A stretch of DNA of 64,000 nt, taken from assembly GCA_951813565.1 (NCBI GenBank), contig OX638351.1, positions 2,176,001 to 2,240,000 of the forward strand, in the 5' to 3' direction. A model generated the notes under the pieces. It saw nothing but the letters and a program-made list of their open reading frames with translations. It ran no database searches and was not told where the DNA came from. Positions 31,717-42,600 of the stretch are shown here, piece after piece (position 1 is the first letter of the stretch; the number at the start of each line of letters is the position of its first letter). A program made the position numbers and the translations under genes. The stretch is from an uncultured Poribacteria bacterium. GTDB lineage: Bacteria; Poribacteria; WGA-4E; WGA-3G.

Positions 31717-32780
31717 GGATTGTAAACACAAAGAATTTGCTATTGTTTATTCTATCCGTTTTTGTCTTAGTAGAAGGGATTTATAATCCTGATTTCACAT
31801 TTGCCGCACCGGACCTTCTTATTCAATCGCTGGCTGAAAAAGTTGCGGAGGCAGAAACACAAGAAACATCGGTTGTAAAAGGAAAAGAAGGATGGTTATT
31901 TTTTGCTCCTGAACTGCGTCATCTGAGCGTTGGACAATTTTGGGGAGATGCAGCGAAGAAGGTTAGTCGTGCATCAAACTCAGAGTTTGCCGACCCATTA
32001 CCTGCAATTCTTGACTTCAAAGCGCAATTGGACACAGCAGGTATTGAATTGATCTTCGTTCCTATACCCGCAAAAGCCACCATCTATCCTGAGATGGTTT
32101 CAGAACATGGGAAAATAAAACCACGTACTGACGAACAGCATCAAAAATTCTACGACATTCTGCAAAAACAGGGCGTGAATGTGCTGGACCTAACCGATCT
32201 TTTCATAAAAAATCGGTTTGCGGATGCCGGCTCGCTGTATTGTAAACAGGATACGCATTGGTCTGGGTATGCATGTGTTTTGGCTGCGGAAACAATCGCA
32301 GAAGCTATCGGCACGCCGCAGTGGATGGCTGAAATTCCAAAACGAAAAGCAAAACTTGAAACACGAACTGTTGAAATAACAGGGGATCTTTGGAAAGAAC
32401 TCGGTGATAAGGATTTACAGAAGGAACGATTACAACTCACCTACGTCAAAGAAGATATAGAATCATCTGCCAAAACACAACTATTCGGCACGTCGTGGCG
32501 AGAGAGTCCTATTGTTTTGTTAGGTGATAGCCATAATCTTGTTTTTCACGCAGGCAGTGGTATGCACGCTGAGGGTGCGGGATTACCAGACCATCTCGCG
32601 CATCAACTTGGCTTTTCTGTGGATGTGGTAGCGGTTCGCGGTTCGGGAGCGACACCATCAAGATTGAATCTGTTTCGTAGACGCGACAAAATGAGGGGGA
32701 AGCGAGTTGTTATCTGGTGTCTCAGTGTCCGTGAATTCACGGAGGGGCAAGGTTGGCGTAAGGTTCCAGTGTTAAAATAA
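31713..32780 (+). CDS. AlgJ/AlgX-like SGNH O-acetyltransferase
   Basis: GKEGWLFF, PAKATIYPE, QDTHW and LGDS motifs. GTG start overlaps the upstream TGA. Confidence 0.85.
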   Translation: MRIVNTKNLLLFILSVFVLVEGIYNPDFTFAAPDLLIQSLAEKVAEAETQETSVVKGKEGWLFFAPELRHLSVGQFWGDAAKKVSRASNSEFADPLPAILDFKAQLDTAGIELIFVPIPAKATIYPEMVSEHGKIKPRTDEQHQKFYDILQKQGVNVLDLTDLFIKNRFADAGSLYCKQDTHWSGYACVLAAETIAEAIGTPQWMAEIPKRKAKLETRTVEITGDLWKELGDKDLQKERLQLTYVKEDIESSAKTQLFGTSWRESPIVLLGDSHNLVFHAGSGMHAEGAGLPDHLAHQLGFSVDVVAVRGSGATPSRLNLFRRRDKMRGKRVVIWCLSVREFTEGQGWRKVPVLK

Positions 32781-33072
32781 CGTGAGTTCTGTGTAAGAAA
32801 TATAAATTTTTAATTCTTGAATTCTACTCTCGTAACCGTGTTTCTCCGAAAACGAACAGCCGCTCTTGTGGGAGGTGTTTTCAATCCTAATATATAGTAA
32901 AACCTATAATTAATGGGACACTTCTGTAGCGCAAACTTCTGTTGTCCGTTATGTTTCCGAAATAGGTTTATCAAAGTGTCCCAATAATTTGAAAGTTCAC
33001 TATATAGGTTGAGGCTTATAAAGTCTTCCATCCTGGTAGGTGCGTTTTGTAAACGCGCCGTTTATCGTGTCT

Positions 33073-34229
33073 TATACCAAATTAACGTGAGTCATATTGT
33101 GTTTTCCATTTTGCAAATCCACTGAAAACCGACATGTTCTTGCACCTTCTTTCTGTTTTTGGAGAACCACTGACACCTTTTCACAAGCACTTCTTCAAGG
33201 TCTGATAGCGTTCTAAAAACTTTATTGGCAACCACCTCTCGCAACAGAGGCCACAGCCGTTCGGCAGGTTGAAGTTCCGGTGTATACGGCGGTAAAAAAA
33301 ATAACTCAATACCTTGTGGGACATCTAAATCCTTACCCGTGTGAAAACCGGCACGATCTAATAAGAGGATTATCTCTTTTTTGCCTTCCGGGTTTACATC
33401 CCGAGCAAACTCTGCCAACGCAAGGTTCATCACTTCAACACTCACACTCGGCATCAGAAGCCAATAGGTCTCACCCGTCTGTGGACGGACAAATCCGAAA
33501 CCATAAAGCCATTTATATGACGGACACACCGAGGCTGTCGGTCTTTCACCTTGCTTCGCCCAGACACGCCGATGAACCGGCAATAATCCCACGCGTGCCT
33601 CGTCTTCTGCCCAGACTTCTACCGATTTCTCCGGGTGCTGACCTTCAAGCTCAGCTACCCGCTCCCTAAGTTTTTTTTTAATGCTTGCTGCTCATCTGGT
33701 GTTGCAGCTGACTGATGTTGAGGACGAGGTGTTTGTAAAGTATAACCGAGACGCTTGAGATATTTCCAACCTGACACATCACTGACAGGACGCTTGAGTG
33801 TCTCGGATATCCACGCAGCCACCTTCGGACCTGTCCACAGACCGCCATCAGCAGGAGGCGAAGAAAGTGCAGCTTCAAGGGCTGCTTGCTGTGTTTCATC
33901 CAAAATACGCTGGCGTCCATTGTTTTTGCGTTTGTCTCGCATAGCTGCTTCGCCTTCAGCGTTGTAGCGTTTGAGCAACTTCCGAACCCAGTCCGGCGTG
34001 CATCCTACAATCTCAGCAACTTCGCGAGGTGTTCGTGGATGTGTGGTATCAGCAAGAAGCCAAATAATATGCCAGTGCGTCCGTTCAATAGGACATTCAC
34101 ATTCAAGATACCTTTGTTTCAGAACTTCTACTGAAAAGTGAGGGGAAACCCCATGTTTTTTATTTTTCATCTGATCACAATAACACATCCAAAAAATAAA
34201 TGCAAGAACAATCATGTTAATATGTTATA
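33073..34229 (-). mobile_element. IS630-family insertion sequence
   Basis: TA-flanked imperfect TIRs TATACCAAATTAACGTGA / TATAACATATTAACATGA. The end is confirmed by the partial copy at 59476-59747. Confidence 0.88.
33092..34170 (-). CDS. IS630 transposase in two frames joined at an A9 slippery site (33671-33679)
   Basis: HTH ORF (WTGPK..RP.H). The -1 frame continues KLRERVAE..WAEDEARVG..LDRAGFH..PPYTPELQPAERLW. Confidence 0.85.
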
Positions 34230-35217
34230 AAAACGTATTCGCTATTTCCAAGGCTTCATCCCATGCCTCTGTAGGAAGTAGATGTTCAATGAGCATGTGT
34301 TGTATTTCATACGCAGGAATGTCTTGATCCATACCGAAGAAAAGGTACTTGCCTGTTTTTCCTGCTTCATTCGCTATCAGACGCATAGTTGGCGACGTTG
34401 TAATTAAGACGACACGAATTCGCTCGTCAGCAAGTAATTCGTGATAATCTAATGTGTAGTCCACATTGATATCAACAGCAAGTTTTTCTGCCAATTCCTC
34501 TCGCGAATCACTTACGCAGATAACCTCTAATCCTTCAACAGCATGTGCGTTGGTTGCGAGTCGTCTCCCCATTTCGTCACAACCGATAACGCCGATTCCG
34601 ATTGATTCCATCATTTTTTCCATTAAGTTCGTTGAAGGTTGAAAACTTCCTAAGGTTTCACGTACCATGTGATCCTCCTTCTGTAAACGTTGGCGGGCGC
34701 GATAGAGACGGCTTTTCACCGTGTTTAATGATACGCCCAAAAATTGGCTTATCTCTTTAACCGAACTTCCAGCGAGGTAATGGAGTGTAATCACGATCCG
34801 TTCACTTTCTGGCAATTTCTGGAGGAGACGTTTGACAAGATCAACCCGTTTTTCTGATGCACGTTCTTCACGTTGTTTTGCCGTATATTCGGAATAGAGG
34901 TGTTCCTCAAGTTCCACTGTTGGCACGGTTTCCAGCGATTGCATATGAGGCGATCTTTTTTCGAACCAAGTGTTGCAAAGGCGATTCGCTATCACATAGA
35001 GCCATCCTGCAAACAGATTTGGATTCTTCAACGTGCCAAGATTTTTGTAAGCTCTCAGGAAGGTATCTTGTGTTATCTCTTCAGCGACGTGGAAATCTCC
35101 GGTTTTTCGCCATGCAAGTGCGTGGACACGTTTTTGGTATTTCTGCACGAGAGCAGTAAAAGCGTCCTGATCACCAGATAACGTGCGTCTAATCAGTTCA
35201 AAGTCAGTGCTTTCCAT
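34225..35217 (-). CDS. ECF sigma factor fused to a degenerate Gfo/Idh/MocA NAD-binding-like domain
   Basis: Sigma regions 2/4, then IGVIGCDEMGRRLA..DYHELLADERI..VLITT. The stop codon lies within the IS630 end. Confidence 0.8.
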   Translation of the reverse strand: MESTDFELIRRTLSGDQDAFTALVQKYQKRVHALAWRKTGDFHVAEEITQDTFLRAYKNLGTLKNPNLFAGWLYVIANRLCNTWFEKRSPHMQSLETVPTVELEEHLYSEYTAKQREERASEKRVDLVKRLLQKLPESERIVITLHYLAGSSVKEISQFLGVSLNTVKSRLYRARQRLQKEDHMVRETLGSFQPSTNLMEKMMESIGIGVIGCDEMGRRLATNAHAVEGLEVICVSDSREELAEKLAVDINVDYTLDYHELLADERIRVVLITTSPTMRLIANEAGKTGKYLFFGMDQDIPAYEIQHMLIEHLLPTEAWDEALEIANTFL

Positions 35218-35250
35218 GTCTCTTCTCCAAAATTGGCTATCTCATAATGC

Positions 35251-35286
35251 AAAGACTCTGATTTTAGTTGCAAAGGTTGCATAAAA
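35251..35286 (-). promoter_or_regulatory. Candidate ECF-sigma (auto)promoter
   Basis: TTTTATGCAACCT-N17-GTCTTT, about 35 nt upstream of the sigma ATG. Confidence 0.5.
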
Positions 35287-35543
35287 TTAGCAGAAATGGA
35301 GGGAAATCTTAGTTTTATCTGAATTCGGCGTAATTTGTGTGTTTGTGTGAAGTGTAATTTGATGGGAAAAGTATAGCATGTTTGAGGTTAAAAATGAAGT
35401 TTTAGGATTATCTGAAAATCAAAACCGACAACCGATAATTCAAAGTCAACAACCAGTTCTGAAAATAGATTGACAAAATATAGATTAGATGGTACCATAG
35501 ATAAAATTGTAGGCATGCTTAGTGTGCCATAAAGGTGAACCCT

Positions 35544-36647
35544 ATGAAAATAACGAAATTAGAAACGTTTCTTGTGCAGCCGCGCTGGCTCTTTCTAAAA
35601 ATTCATACCGATGAAGGATTAGTCGGTCTCGGTGAACCGATATTAGAAGGACGCGCGAAAACTTGTGCACAGGCAGTTGATGAACTTGCGCCTTATCTGA
35701 TCGGTAAAGACCCAAGACGTGTTGTACATCATTGGCAGGCGATGTATCGCCACGCATTTTACCGTGGAGGCCCTATTCTTACGAGTGCGCTGAGTGGCGT
35801 TGAACAGGCATTATGGGATTTAGCAGGAAAATCGCTCGGTGTTCCAGTATATCAGCTTTTCGGCGGACCAACTCGCGATCATATAAGATTGTACAAAGGT
35901 GGTGGCGATCCAGAGGGAATTAAAGAATGGATTGACAAAGGGTTCACGGCATTTAAAACAGGTGTTGCAGGTGGCAGACCTGCCCGTATCATCGAAAACA
36001 AAGCTTTTATTGACAGAGCCGTCGAGCATTTTGCTGCACTGCGTGAAGCCGCAGGCACAGAGGTTGATTTAGCAATAGATTTTCACGGTGCGGTGAGTCC
36101 GCAGACAGCAAAGGTGTTAATTAAGGCGTTGGAACCGTATCAACCGATGTTTGTTGAAGAACCGATACAGTGTCAAAATGTGGACACACTTGCAGAAATT
36201 GCGCGCAGCACACATTTACCGATTGCAACAGGTGAGCGGATTTTCACCAAGTGGGGATTCCGTGAGATTTTAGAGAAACAGGCGGCATCCATTCTGCAAC
36301 CGGATTTGTGTCATGCAGGGGGTATCAATGAAGTGCGGATCATCGCGGGAATGGCAGAGGCATATTACGGTGGTATTGCACCACACAACCCACTCGGTCC
36401 TATTTCGTTAGCAGCGTGTATTCAGTTAGATGCTTCCATTCCGAACTTTGTGATGCAAGAACATACAACCCTCGGTGAAGGGTATCTTAAGAATCCATTT
36501 GTTTTCAAAGATGGGTTCGTTGAACTGCCGACGGGACCCGGTTTAGGGATTGAACTTGATGAAGACGCACTTGAAGATAAAATTGACCACGACTGGCTGA
36601 ATCCAATGTCATACCATCCTGATGATGGCTCTGTTGTGGATTGGTAA
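35544..36647 (+). CDS. dgoD: Galactonate dehydratase (enolase superfamily)
   Basis: PRWLFLKI.TDEG..G.GEP, FYRGGPILTSALSG, DFHG, EEP, TGER, QPD..HAGG and APHNPLGP motifs. Confidence 0.8.
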   Translation: MKITKLETFLVQPRWLFLKIHTDEGLVGLGEPILEGRAKTCAQAVDELAPYLIGKDPRRVVHHWQAMYRHAFYRGGPILTSALSGVEQALWDLAGKSLGVPVYQLFGGPTRDHIRLYKGGGDPEGIKEWIDKGFTAFKTGVAGGRPARIIENKAFIDRAVEHFAALREAAGTEVDLAIDFHGAVSPQTAKVLIKALEPYQPMFVEEPIQCQNVDTLAEIARSTHLPIATGERIFTKWGFREILEKQAASILQPDLCHAGGINEVRIIAGMAEAYYGGIAPHNPLGPISLAACIQLDASIPNFVMQEHTTLGEGYLKNPFVFKDGFVELPTGPGLGIELDEDALEDKIDHDWLNPMSYHPDDGSVVDW

Positions 36648-36768
36648 ATATATATCGGGTTTACAAAACCCTCCAACAAGAAAATATAACGGGCTTTCAA
36701 AACCCTCCAACAATTTGAAGTAAAGGTCGCGATTCGGAGATCGCTCCTACAATATGATTTAATAAAAT

Positions 36769-37569
36769 ATGAAATTTATAATGTTCACAAAACATCTGGA
36801 AGGTTTAGAAATTCCAGATATTATCACTGCATTAAAAGCAGTGGGCGTTGAAGGTGCTGACCTTTGTGTTCGTCCCGGTTATCCGGTAAATCCTGAAAAT
36901 GCGGAGAAAGAATTACCTGCAGCCGCGAAACAGTTTGCGGAAGCAGGTTTGTCTATTCCACTTGTTACTTCCCCTGGAGATTTTTTAGACCCCTCCACGG
37001 ATGAAACAGTCCGCGTTTTTGCTGCTGCAGGTGAAGCAAGTGTCGAAAATATCAAATTAGGATATTGGCATTGGCATGCAGAGGATGGTGGATATTGGGC
37101 TCAGGTTGATTTTATTCGCACTCAACTTGACGGGTTCGCAAAACTCTCAGAAAAATACGGACCTCGAACCTGTATTCATAATCATTCGGGAACCTCTATG
37201 GGGCTAAACTCATGCGCGGTGATGAACCTTGTAAAAGGGTTTGATCCCCAACATATCGGTGTTTTTGCTGACACGGGACACCTGTCTATTGTTGGTGAAC
37301 CGATTAACATGGCACTTGATATTGTCAGATCGCACCTTGCTGTGATTGCCTTCAAAGACCTCGCGCGTTCCCCCGGAATGCGAGGCGGAAAAGTCGTTCG
37401 CATGGGCAAAGGTTTTGTTGATTGGGAAACAACTCTTGACACATTAAAGACGATAGAATTTTCAGGACCTGTTAGTTTTCATAGTGAATACGGTGGTGAA
37501 CCCGTGGATAGTGTGGTTGATCTCGCTCGCGTAGATGTGCGATTCATTCGCGCTTTGATGGACAAATAA
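36769..37569 (+). CDS. Sugar-phosphate isomerase/epimerase family protein
   Basis: DLCVRPG, HNHSG, DTGH, FKD and HSEY motifs. Confidence 0.8.
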   Translation: MKFIMFTKHLEGLEIPDIITALKAVGVEGADLCVRPGYPVNPENAEKELPAAAKQFAEAGLSIPLVTSPGDFLDPSTDETVRVFAAAGEASVENIKLGYWHWHAEDGGYWAQVDFIRTQLDGFAKLSEKYGPRTCIHNHSGTSMGLNSCAVMNLVKGFDPQHIGVFADTGHLSIVGEPINMALDIVRSHLAVIAFKDLARSPGMRGGKVVRMGKGFVDWETTLDTLKTIEFSGPVSFHSEYGGEPVDSVVDLARVDVRFIRALMDK

Positions 37570-37578
37570 GGAGTTAGC

Positions 37579-38391
37579 ATGGGACAATTTCAGTTAGGGT
37601 TAAATACAAGCACGATTCGTCCTGCCGATTTGATGGATAAAATTCGGATTGCAGGGGAAACCGGTTATACGGCAATAGAGTTGTGGAATAACGATTTATC
37701 GGATTACGAAGAGCAGGGCGGTTCACTTGCTGATGTGAAAAGCGCACTTAACGATCATGGGCTTTCTGTGCCGACCGTCATTGCCTTGCACGGATGGCTC
37801 AACACTACAGGCACAGAACATCAAAAAGCAATTGAGGATGCCAAAAAACGGATGGCACAAGCCGCCGCTGTCGGTGCGACTTATATCATCTCGAGTCCAC
37901 CGCGTGAAGTAGCAGACTTGCAATTAGGCGGTGAGAATTATCGCGAACTGCTTGAACTCGGACGAGAATTTGGCGTAAAACCTGCTATGGAATTCCTCGG
38001 CTTCGTTAATGGTGTTAATCAGGTGAAACATGCGTGGGAAGTGATAGAAGTTGCTGATCATCCGGATAGCACGATTGTGCTTGACCCGTTCCATATCTAT
38101 CGTGGTGGCGGAGAAATAGAGGATATGGAAGGTATTCCCGGCGAAAAAATCGCTGTGTTTCACTTCAACGATGCGCCTGCTGAACCTGCGCGTGCAGAAC
38201 AAACAGATGCAGATAGAGTTTATCCGGGTGATGGTATCCTCGATCTAAAAAGGATGATCTCTATTTTGAAAGATGCAGATTATTCGGGTGTTATCTCGTT
38301 AGAACTGTTCAATCCGAGTTATTGGGAGGAAGACCCTGCAGAGGTTGCGCGGATTGGGTTGGAAAAGATGCGTGCTATCGTGGAATCATAA
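37579..38391 (+). CDS. Sugar-phosphate isomerase/epimerase (IolI-like) protein
   Basis: MEFLG, LDPFH, FHFND, DRVYPGDG and SLELFN motifs. Confidence 0.82.
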   Translation: MGQFQLGLNTSTIRPADLMDKIRIAGETGYTAIELWNNDLSDYEEQGGSLADVKSALNDHGLSVPTVIALHGWLNTTGTEHQKAIEDAKKRMAQAAAVGATYIISSPPREVADLQLGGENYRELLELGREFGVKPAMEFLGFVNGVNQVKHAWEVIEVADHPDSTIVLDPFHIYRGGGEIEDMEGIPGEKIAVFHFNDAPAEPARAEQTDADRVYPGDGILDLKRMISILKDADYSGVISLELFNPSYWEEDPAEVARIGLEKMRAIVES

Positions 38392-38462
38392 AAAGTGTTT
38401 CTGCGCTTTGTTCTCATGATAAAATAAAAAAGTGAATTTTTGGAAAATAAAGGAAACATTGA

Positions 38463-39611
38463 ATGAGTTATATTGATGGATTATTGTCATCGTTGACACG
38501 CGTGAAAGATGCGCGGTCTCTTCGCGCCTCCTCGTGGGATACCACCGGACGCAATAACGATGCATGGAATATTGCGCCCGGTGAAACTCGCGTGCTTGCC
38601 GACATCAAAGGACCGGGATGTATTAATCATATCTGGATGACACAACCAAACGGGTATCGGAACGTGCTAATTCGGATGTTTTGGGACGATGAAGAACACC
38701 CAAGTGTTTTGTGTCCATTGGGCGATTTTTTTGGACTTGGAAATGAAATCGTTAACTCTTACGATTCCATTCCGTTTTCAGCATCTACGCACAGCAACAA
38801 TCAATTTAATTCAGGGTGTGCGCTCAACTGTTATTTACAAATGCCTTTTAACCGTTCTGCTCGTGTTGAACTTGTCAACGAAGGTGACACATCACACCGC
38901 CAATATTTCTATATTGACTATGAACTATATCCATCGCCGCACGGTGAGGATATAGCCTATTTTCACGCGCAATTCCATCGCGAAAACCCGTGTGATGGAT
39001 GGGGACATGAAATCAAGGTCAACACAGCAGAAGCAAATATCATAAATGCTGAACGTCTCGCGTGGGATAACAATTATCTTATTTTATCCGCAGAAGGAAA
39101 AGGACACTATATCGGCTGTAACCTTTCTGTCAGCAACTTCCAAGGCACGTGGTGGGGTGAAGGCGATGATATGATTTGGATTGATGGCTACAAATGGCCG
39201 CCAGACTTACATGGCACAGGGTCAGAGGATTATCTCAATCAGGCGTGGGGTATGCAACAGAACGCATTCGCACATAACGGTTCATCTATTCACGAAAACA
39301 GGACCAACGGTTACCAGACATCCTATGTTTTTCATTTAGAAAACCCTATCCGTTTTGAGAAAGAGATTCGGGTAACAATTGAGCACGGACACGGCAACCA
39401 TCTCAGCAATGAGACATCCTCTGTCGCATATTGGTATCAGATAGAGCCGCATAAACCGTTTGGTGTGCTACCCGTTGGACAGCGCAAACCGGTGCTAAAA
39501 GATGAAGATGAGAATTGGATCATTGACGAAGCTAATCAAACACCGTCATCCGACCTTGTTCTCAACGATGAAATGGAACAGAAAAAACAGCAGTGGCAAG
39601 AAAAACAATAG
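38463..39611 (+). CDS. DUF2961 / GH172-like glycoside hydrolase
   Basis: GPGCINHIWMT, PLGDFFG, WWGEGDD, HGTGSEDY, EHGH and SVAYWYQ motifs. Confidence 0.85.
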   Translation: MSYIDGLLSSLTRVKDARSLRASSWDTTGRNNDAWNIAPGETRVLADIKGPGCINHIWMTQPNGYRNVLIRMFWDDEEHPSVLCPLGDFFGLGNEIVNSYDSIPFSASTHSNNQFNSGCALNCYLQMPFNRSARVELVNEGDTSHRQYFYIDYELYPSPHGEDIAYFHAQFHRENPCDGWGHEIKVNTAEANIINAERLAWDNNYLILSAEGKGHYIGCNLSVSNFQGTWWGEGDDMIWIDGYKWPPDLHGTGSEDYLNQAWGMQQNAFAHNGSSIHENRTNGYQTSYVFHLENPIRFEKEIRVTIEHGHGNHLSNETSSVAYWYQIEPHKPFGVLPVGQRKPVLKDEDENWIIDEANQTPSSDLVLNDEMEQKKQQWQEKQ

Positions 39612-39651
39612 ACACAAATTTCTGCCCTAAATTGACCAGAGGAGATATAAA

Positions 39652-42600
39652 ATGCTGACGTTTTTCCAACATTTTCTTATCGGAAAAATGGACGAAGAAA
39701 CACAAAATGACGAGGAGGCCGTTGATCAAGAACAACCGGAGTCAGAACATCAAAACGAAACTCCTGATCCTGATTCGCCTGAACCTGTTGACGAGAACGC
39801 TGAATCGGATACCTCTAATGATGCACAACTGGAATCTGATTCAGACGCACCGTCAGAAGATACAGAAACACCTCACCCCGAAGAAACACCAGAAACTGAT
39901 GAAGTATCAGAAGTTGAAGTAGTATCTGAGGTAGAAGAAACACATGAACCTCAAGGAACATCTGAAATTGAAGAAACTCCAGAAGTTGAGATGATGCCTG
40001 AAACTGAAGATATACCCGAGGCAGATCGGACATCCGAGTCTGAAGATACACCAGTGGAAGATTCACCACCTGAAGTTGAAGTGATGTCTGAGACCGAAGA
40101 TGAAACATCTGAAACTGAAGAAACATCCAAAACAGACGAGACACCTGAAACTGAAGAAACACCAGAGGAAGAAGCGTCACTTGAAGTTGATGAGACACCC
40201 GCTCCAAGCGAACCGCAAATCCCTTATTCTCTTGGTGAGAGCGAGGAATTGTTCGATTTCGTTGCGATGTTTGAGGAGAGCAAGTCCTCTGGTGCTGAAC
40301 ACATATCTGCTAACATGGCAGATTCAGCGGGTGGCGTTACCAAACCTGCCCTCTTTGAACACCCATCACCGACCGATTCTGCTCGAATTGTCTATGAATT
40401 AACCCTTCCTTCAGTTGAAGAAAACGAAAACCTCTGTTTATATTTTAGTATCGGTCTAAGAGATGGTGTTGTATTTGATGACCCGCAAAGGCAGCCCGGT
40501 GGTGTGAAATTTTCTGTTGAAATTGCTGGCGAACAATGTTTTGAAGCTGTTTCAACAGCGTGCCAATGGGCTGAAAACGGTGTAAATTTAACTCGCTATG
40601 CTGGCGAAAAGGTGGAACTTGTTTTTATCACGCAATGTAATGTTGAGGGGAATAGCAGTTTTGCATGGGCATTGTGGGGGCAACCGAAACTTCTCAAACT
40701 CACTCGGACAGGAGCTGCTTCAACGGAAGAAGGTGCTAAGAATCCACAAGGAGTGCCTTCAGAAATACAGTGTGGACTTGCGATTGCGAAATTGCCTGAA
40801 GATCGTACAGCGCTGTTTGAATTCAATCGTGATGGTTGGACACCTGCCCATGAAATTGCGGCTGAAATCTATAATCAATTAGACATTGAACCAATTGATT
40901 TGACCCTCTATGCAGCGCAACCGAAATTAGAAATCGTAAGTGTAGGCACAACAGCGGCAGTTGTTTGCACAGGTGAAGCGTTTGAAATCCAATGCACTAT
41001 TAAAAACGTTGGTGCTGGACCTGTCGGAAAGGATAGTGGCACGCGACTTAGTATCAGTGATATTAAGTTAAGGCGCGGCAGACCTTCACATAATGTGAAG
41101 ACACTTGCACCCGGTGAAACATCAACTTTTGTATGGTACGTACGTGGTGTTCCACGTCAAACTGACCTTAAATTTTCGGTTTTGCTTAAGTCTCGGGCCC
41201 TCAAACTTGAAGAACGGATGAGAGGCGTTGTTCAGATGCGTCCGGCACTGCCGAAACTTGAAACGCAAGTCATTCCGGAACTCCATACCTACATGGATGG
41301 CGAACATGTGGTGCTTGGTAATAAAAATCTCCGTATTGTGCTTGTTCATAGTGGAGAACAAGCACAACCGAAGAATCGAAAATCCAATAAGAAACCACAG
41401 GAAAAATTCTTGGAAGGTTTTGAATATTACGCGATTTTCGTATCGAAAGGAAGTACCTATCAGCAGGTAGCAACTTCCAAAATGATTGCTGAGGTAACTT
41501 ACCGCTCTAACGACACCGTCCACAACCTAAAATTTGTTCCAAATGATGTGCAGTTAGCTGGAAATAGCCTTGGAGAATCCATTGTCCGCTTGACAGGTGA
41601 ACATAAAGATTCGGATGGTGTCACGTGGACGATTCAGTTACAGTTGATCCTCACAGAAGATGCAAAACGCGTCAAAGCGATATATCGTTTAGCCGTTGAT
41701 GGGGAGCGTCAACTGCTTGCTTTCCGAGGCGCAGAAATTTACGCTGGACACAAGAGTAGTCGGGAAAAGAAAACTGCAGCCCTATTCCCCGGTTTGGAAT
41801 TTCTTGAAGATGATGAACCTTCTTCAAACGTCCGTGATGCTGCGCCTCCGCTCAATAACCGATTGGTCCCGCATCCCTATAAGATTACTGTTCCGGTAAT
41901 GGCAGTTGAGATGCAGAAATCGGTTGTCGGCATTACTTGGAATCCATTGCAAAGTTGGGATGGTGAGGCACAAAGTGTCTCTGCTGTGTTTGCTTCACCG
42001 AATTGGCATCATCAGGAGAGAAATCATCTGATGGGGCTTTTTGTTCCGACTGTGCCAGAGTGGGTGAAGGAAAATACGCTTGTTGCTGAAACTGCTTACC
42101 AACTAACGCCGAAACAGCCTATCACAATTGATTGTCAGATTATTGCTGATGGAAATGCCACTATCTTAGATGCAATTTCGCATTGGACATCCGCGTACGG
42201 TAAGCCTAAACCGCTTGAATCCCCTCGAAATGATGAAGAGGAGGTATTGCTCTCACGGCACGGTTTCATGCATACTATCTGGGATGAAGAGGCAAGACAA
42301 TCCAGACACTGTGTAGATTGGGCTTCTCATAACGAACCCGGATTTGCTACTTTACTTTGGTATGATTACCTTGTGACGAAATCTGAAGATGTTAAGGCAC
42401 GGATCAAGGAAATAGCAGAGAAAACAATTGCTGATGTTGGTGCTGATGGTTTGGCTGCACGAGGATCATGCCATATACTAAGCGGAGAGTTTCCCTTCTA
42501 TTATGGACATTTGGACGCTGCGTTAGGATACTATGAAGCTGAAGTGCAGCCCATAATTGAGTCTCAAACCGAAGATGGCAGCTGGGGTTTTCAACCGACA

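Noticed and set aside
19712..33000. Genomic island integrated at tmRNA
   Set aside because: No integrase and no duplicated tmRNA 3' end found.
33671..33679. IS630 frameshift as pseudogenisation
   Set aside because: An A-run between the HTH and DDE frames is the usual programmed recoding arrangement of IS630.
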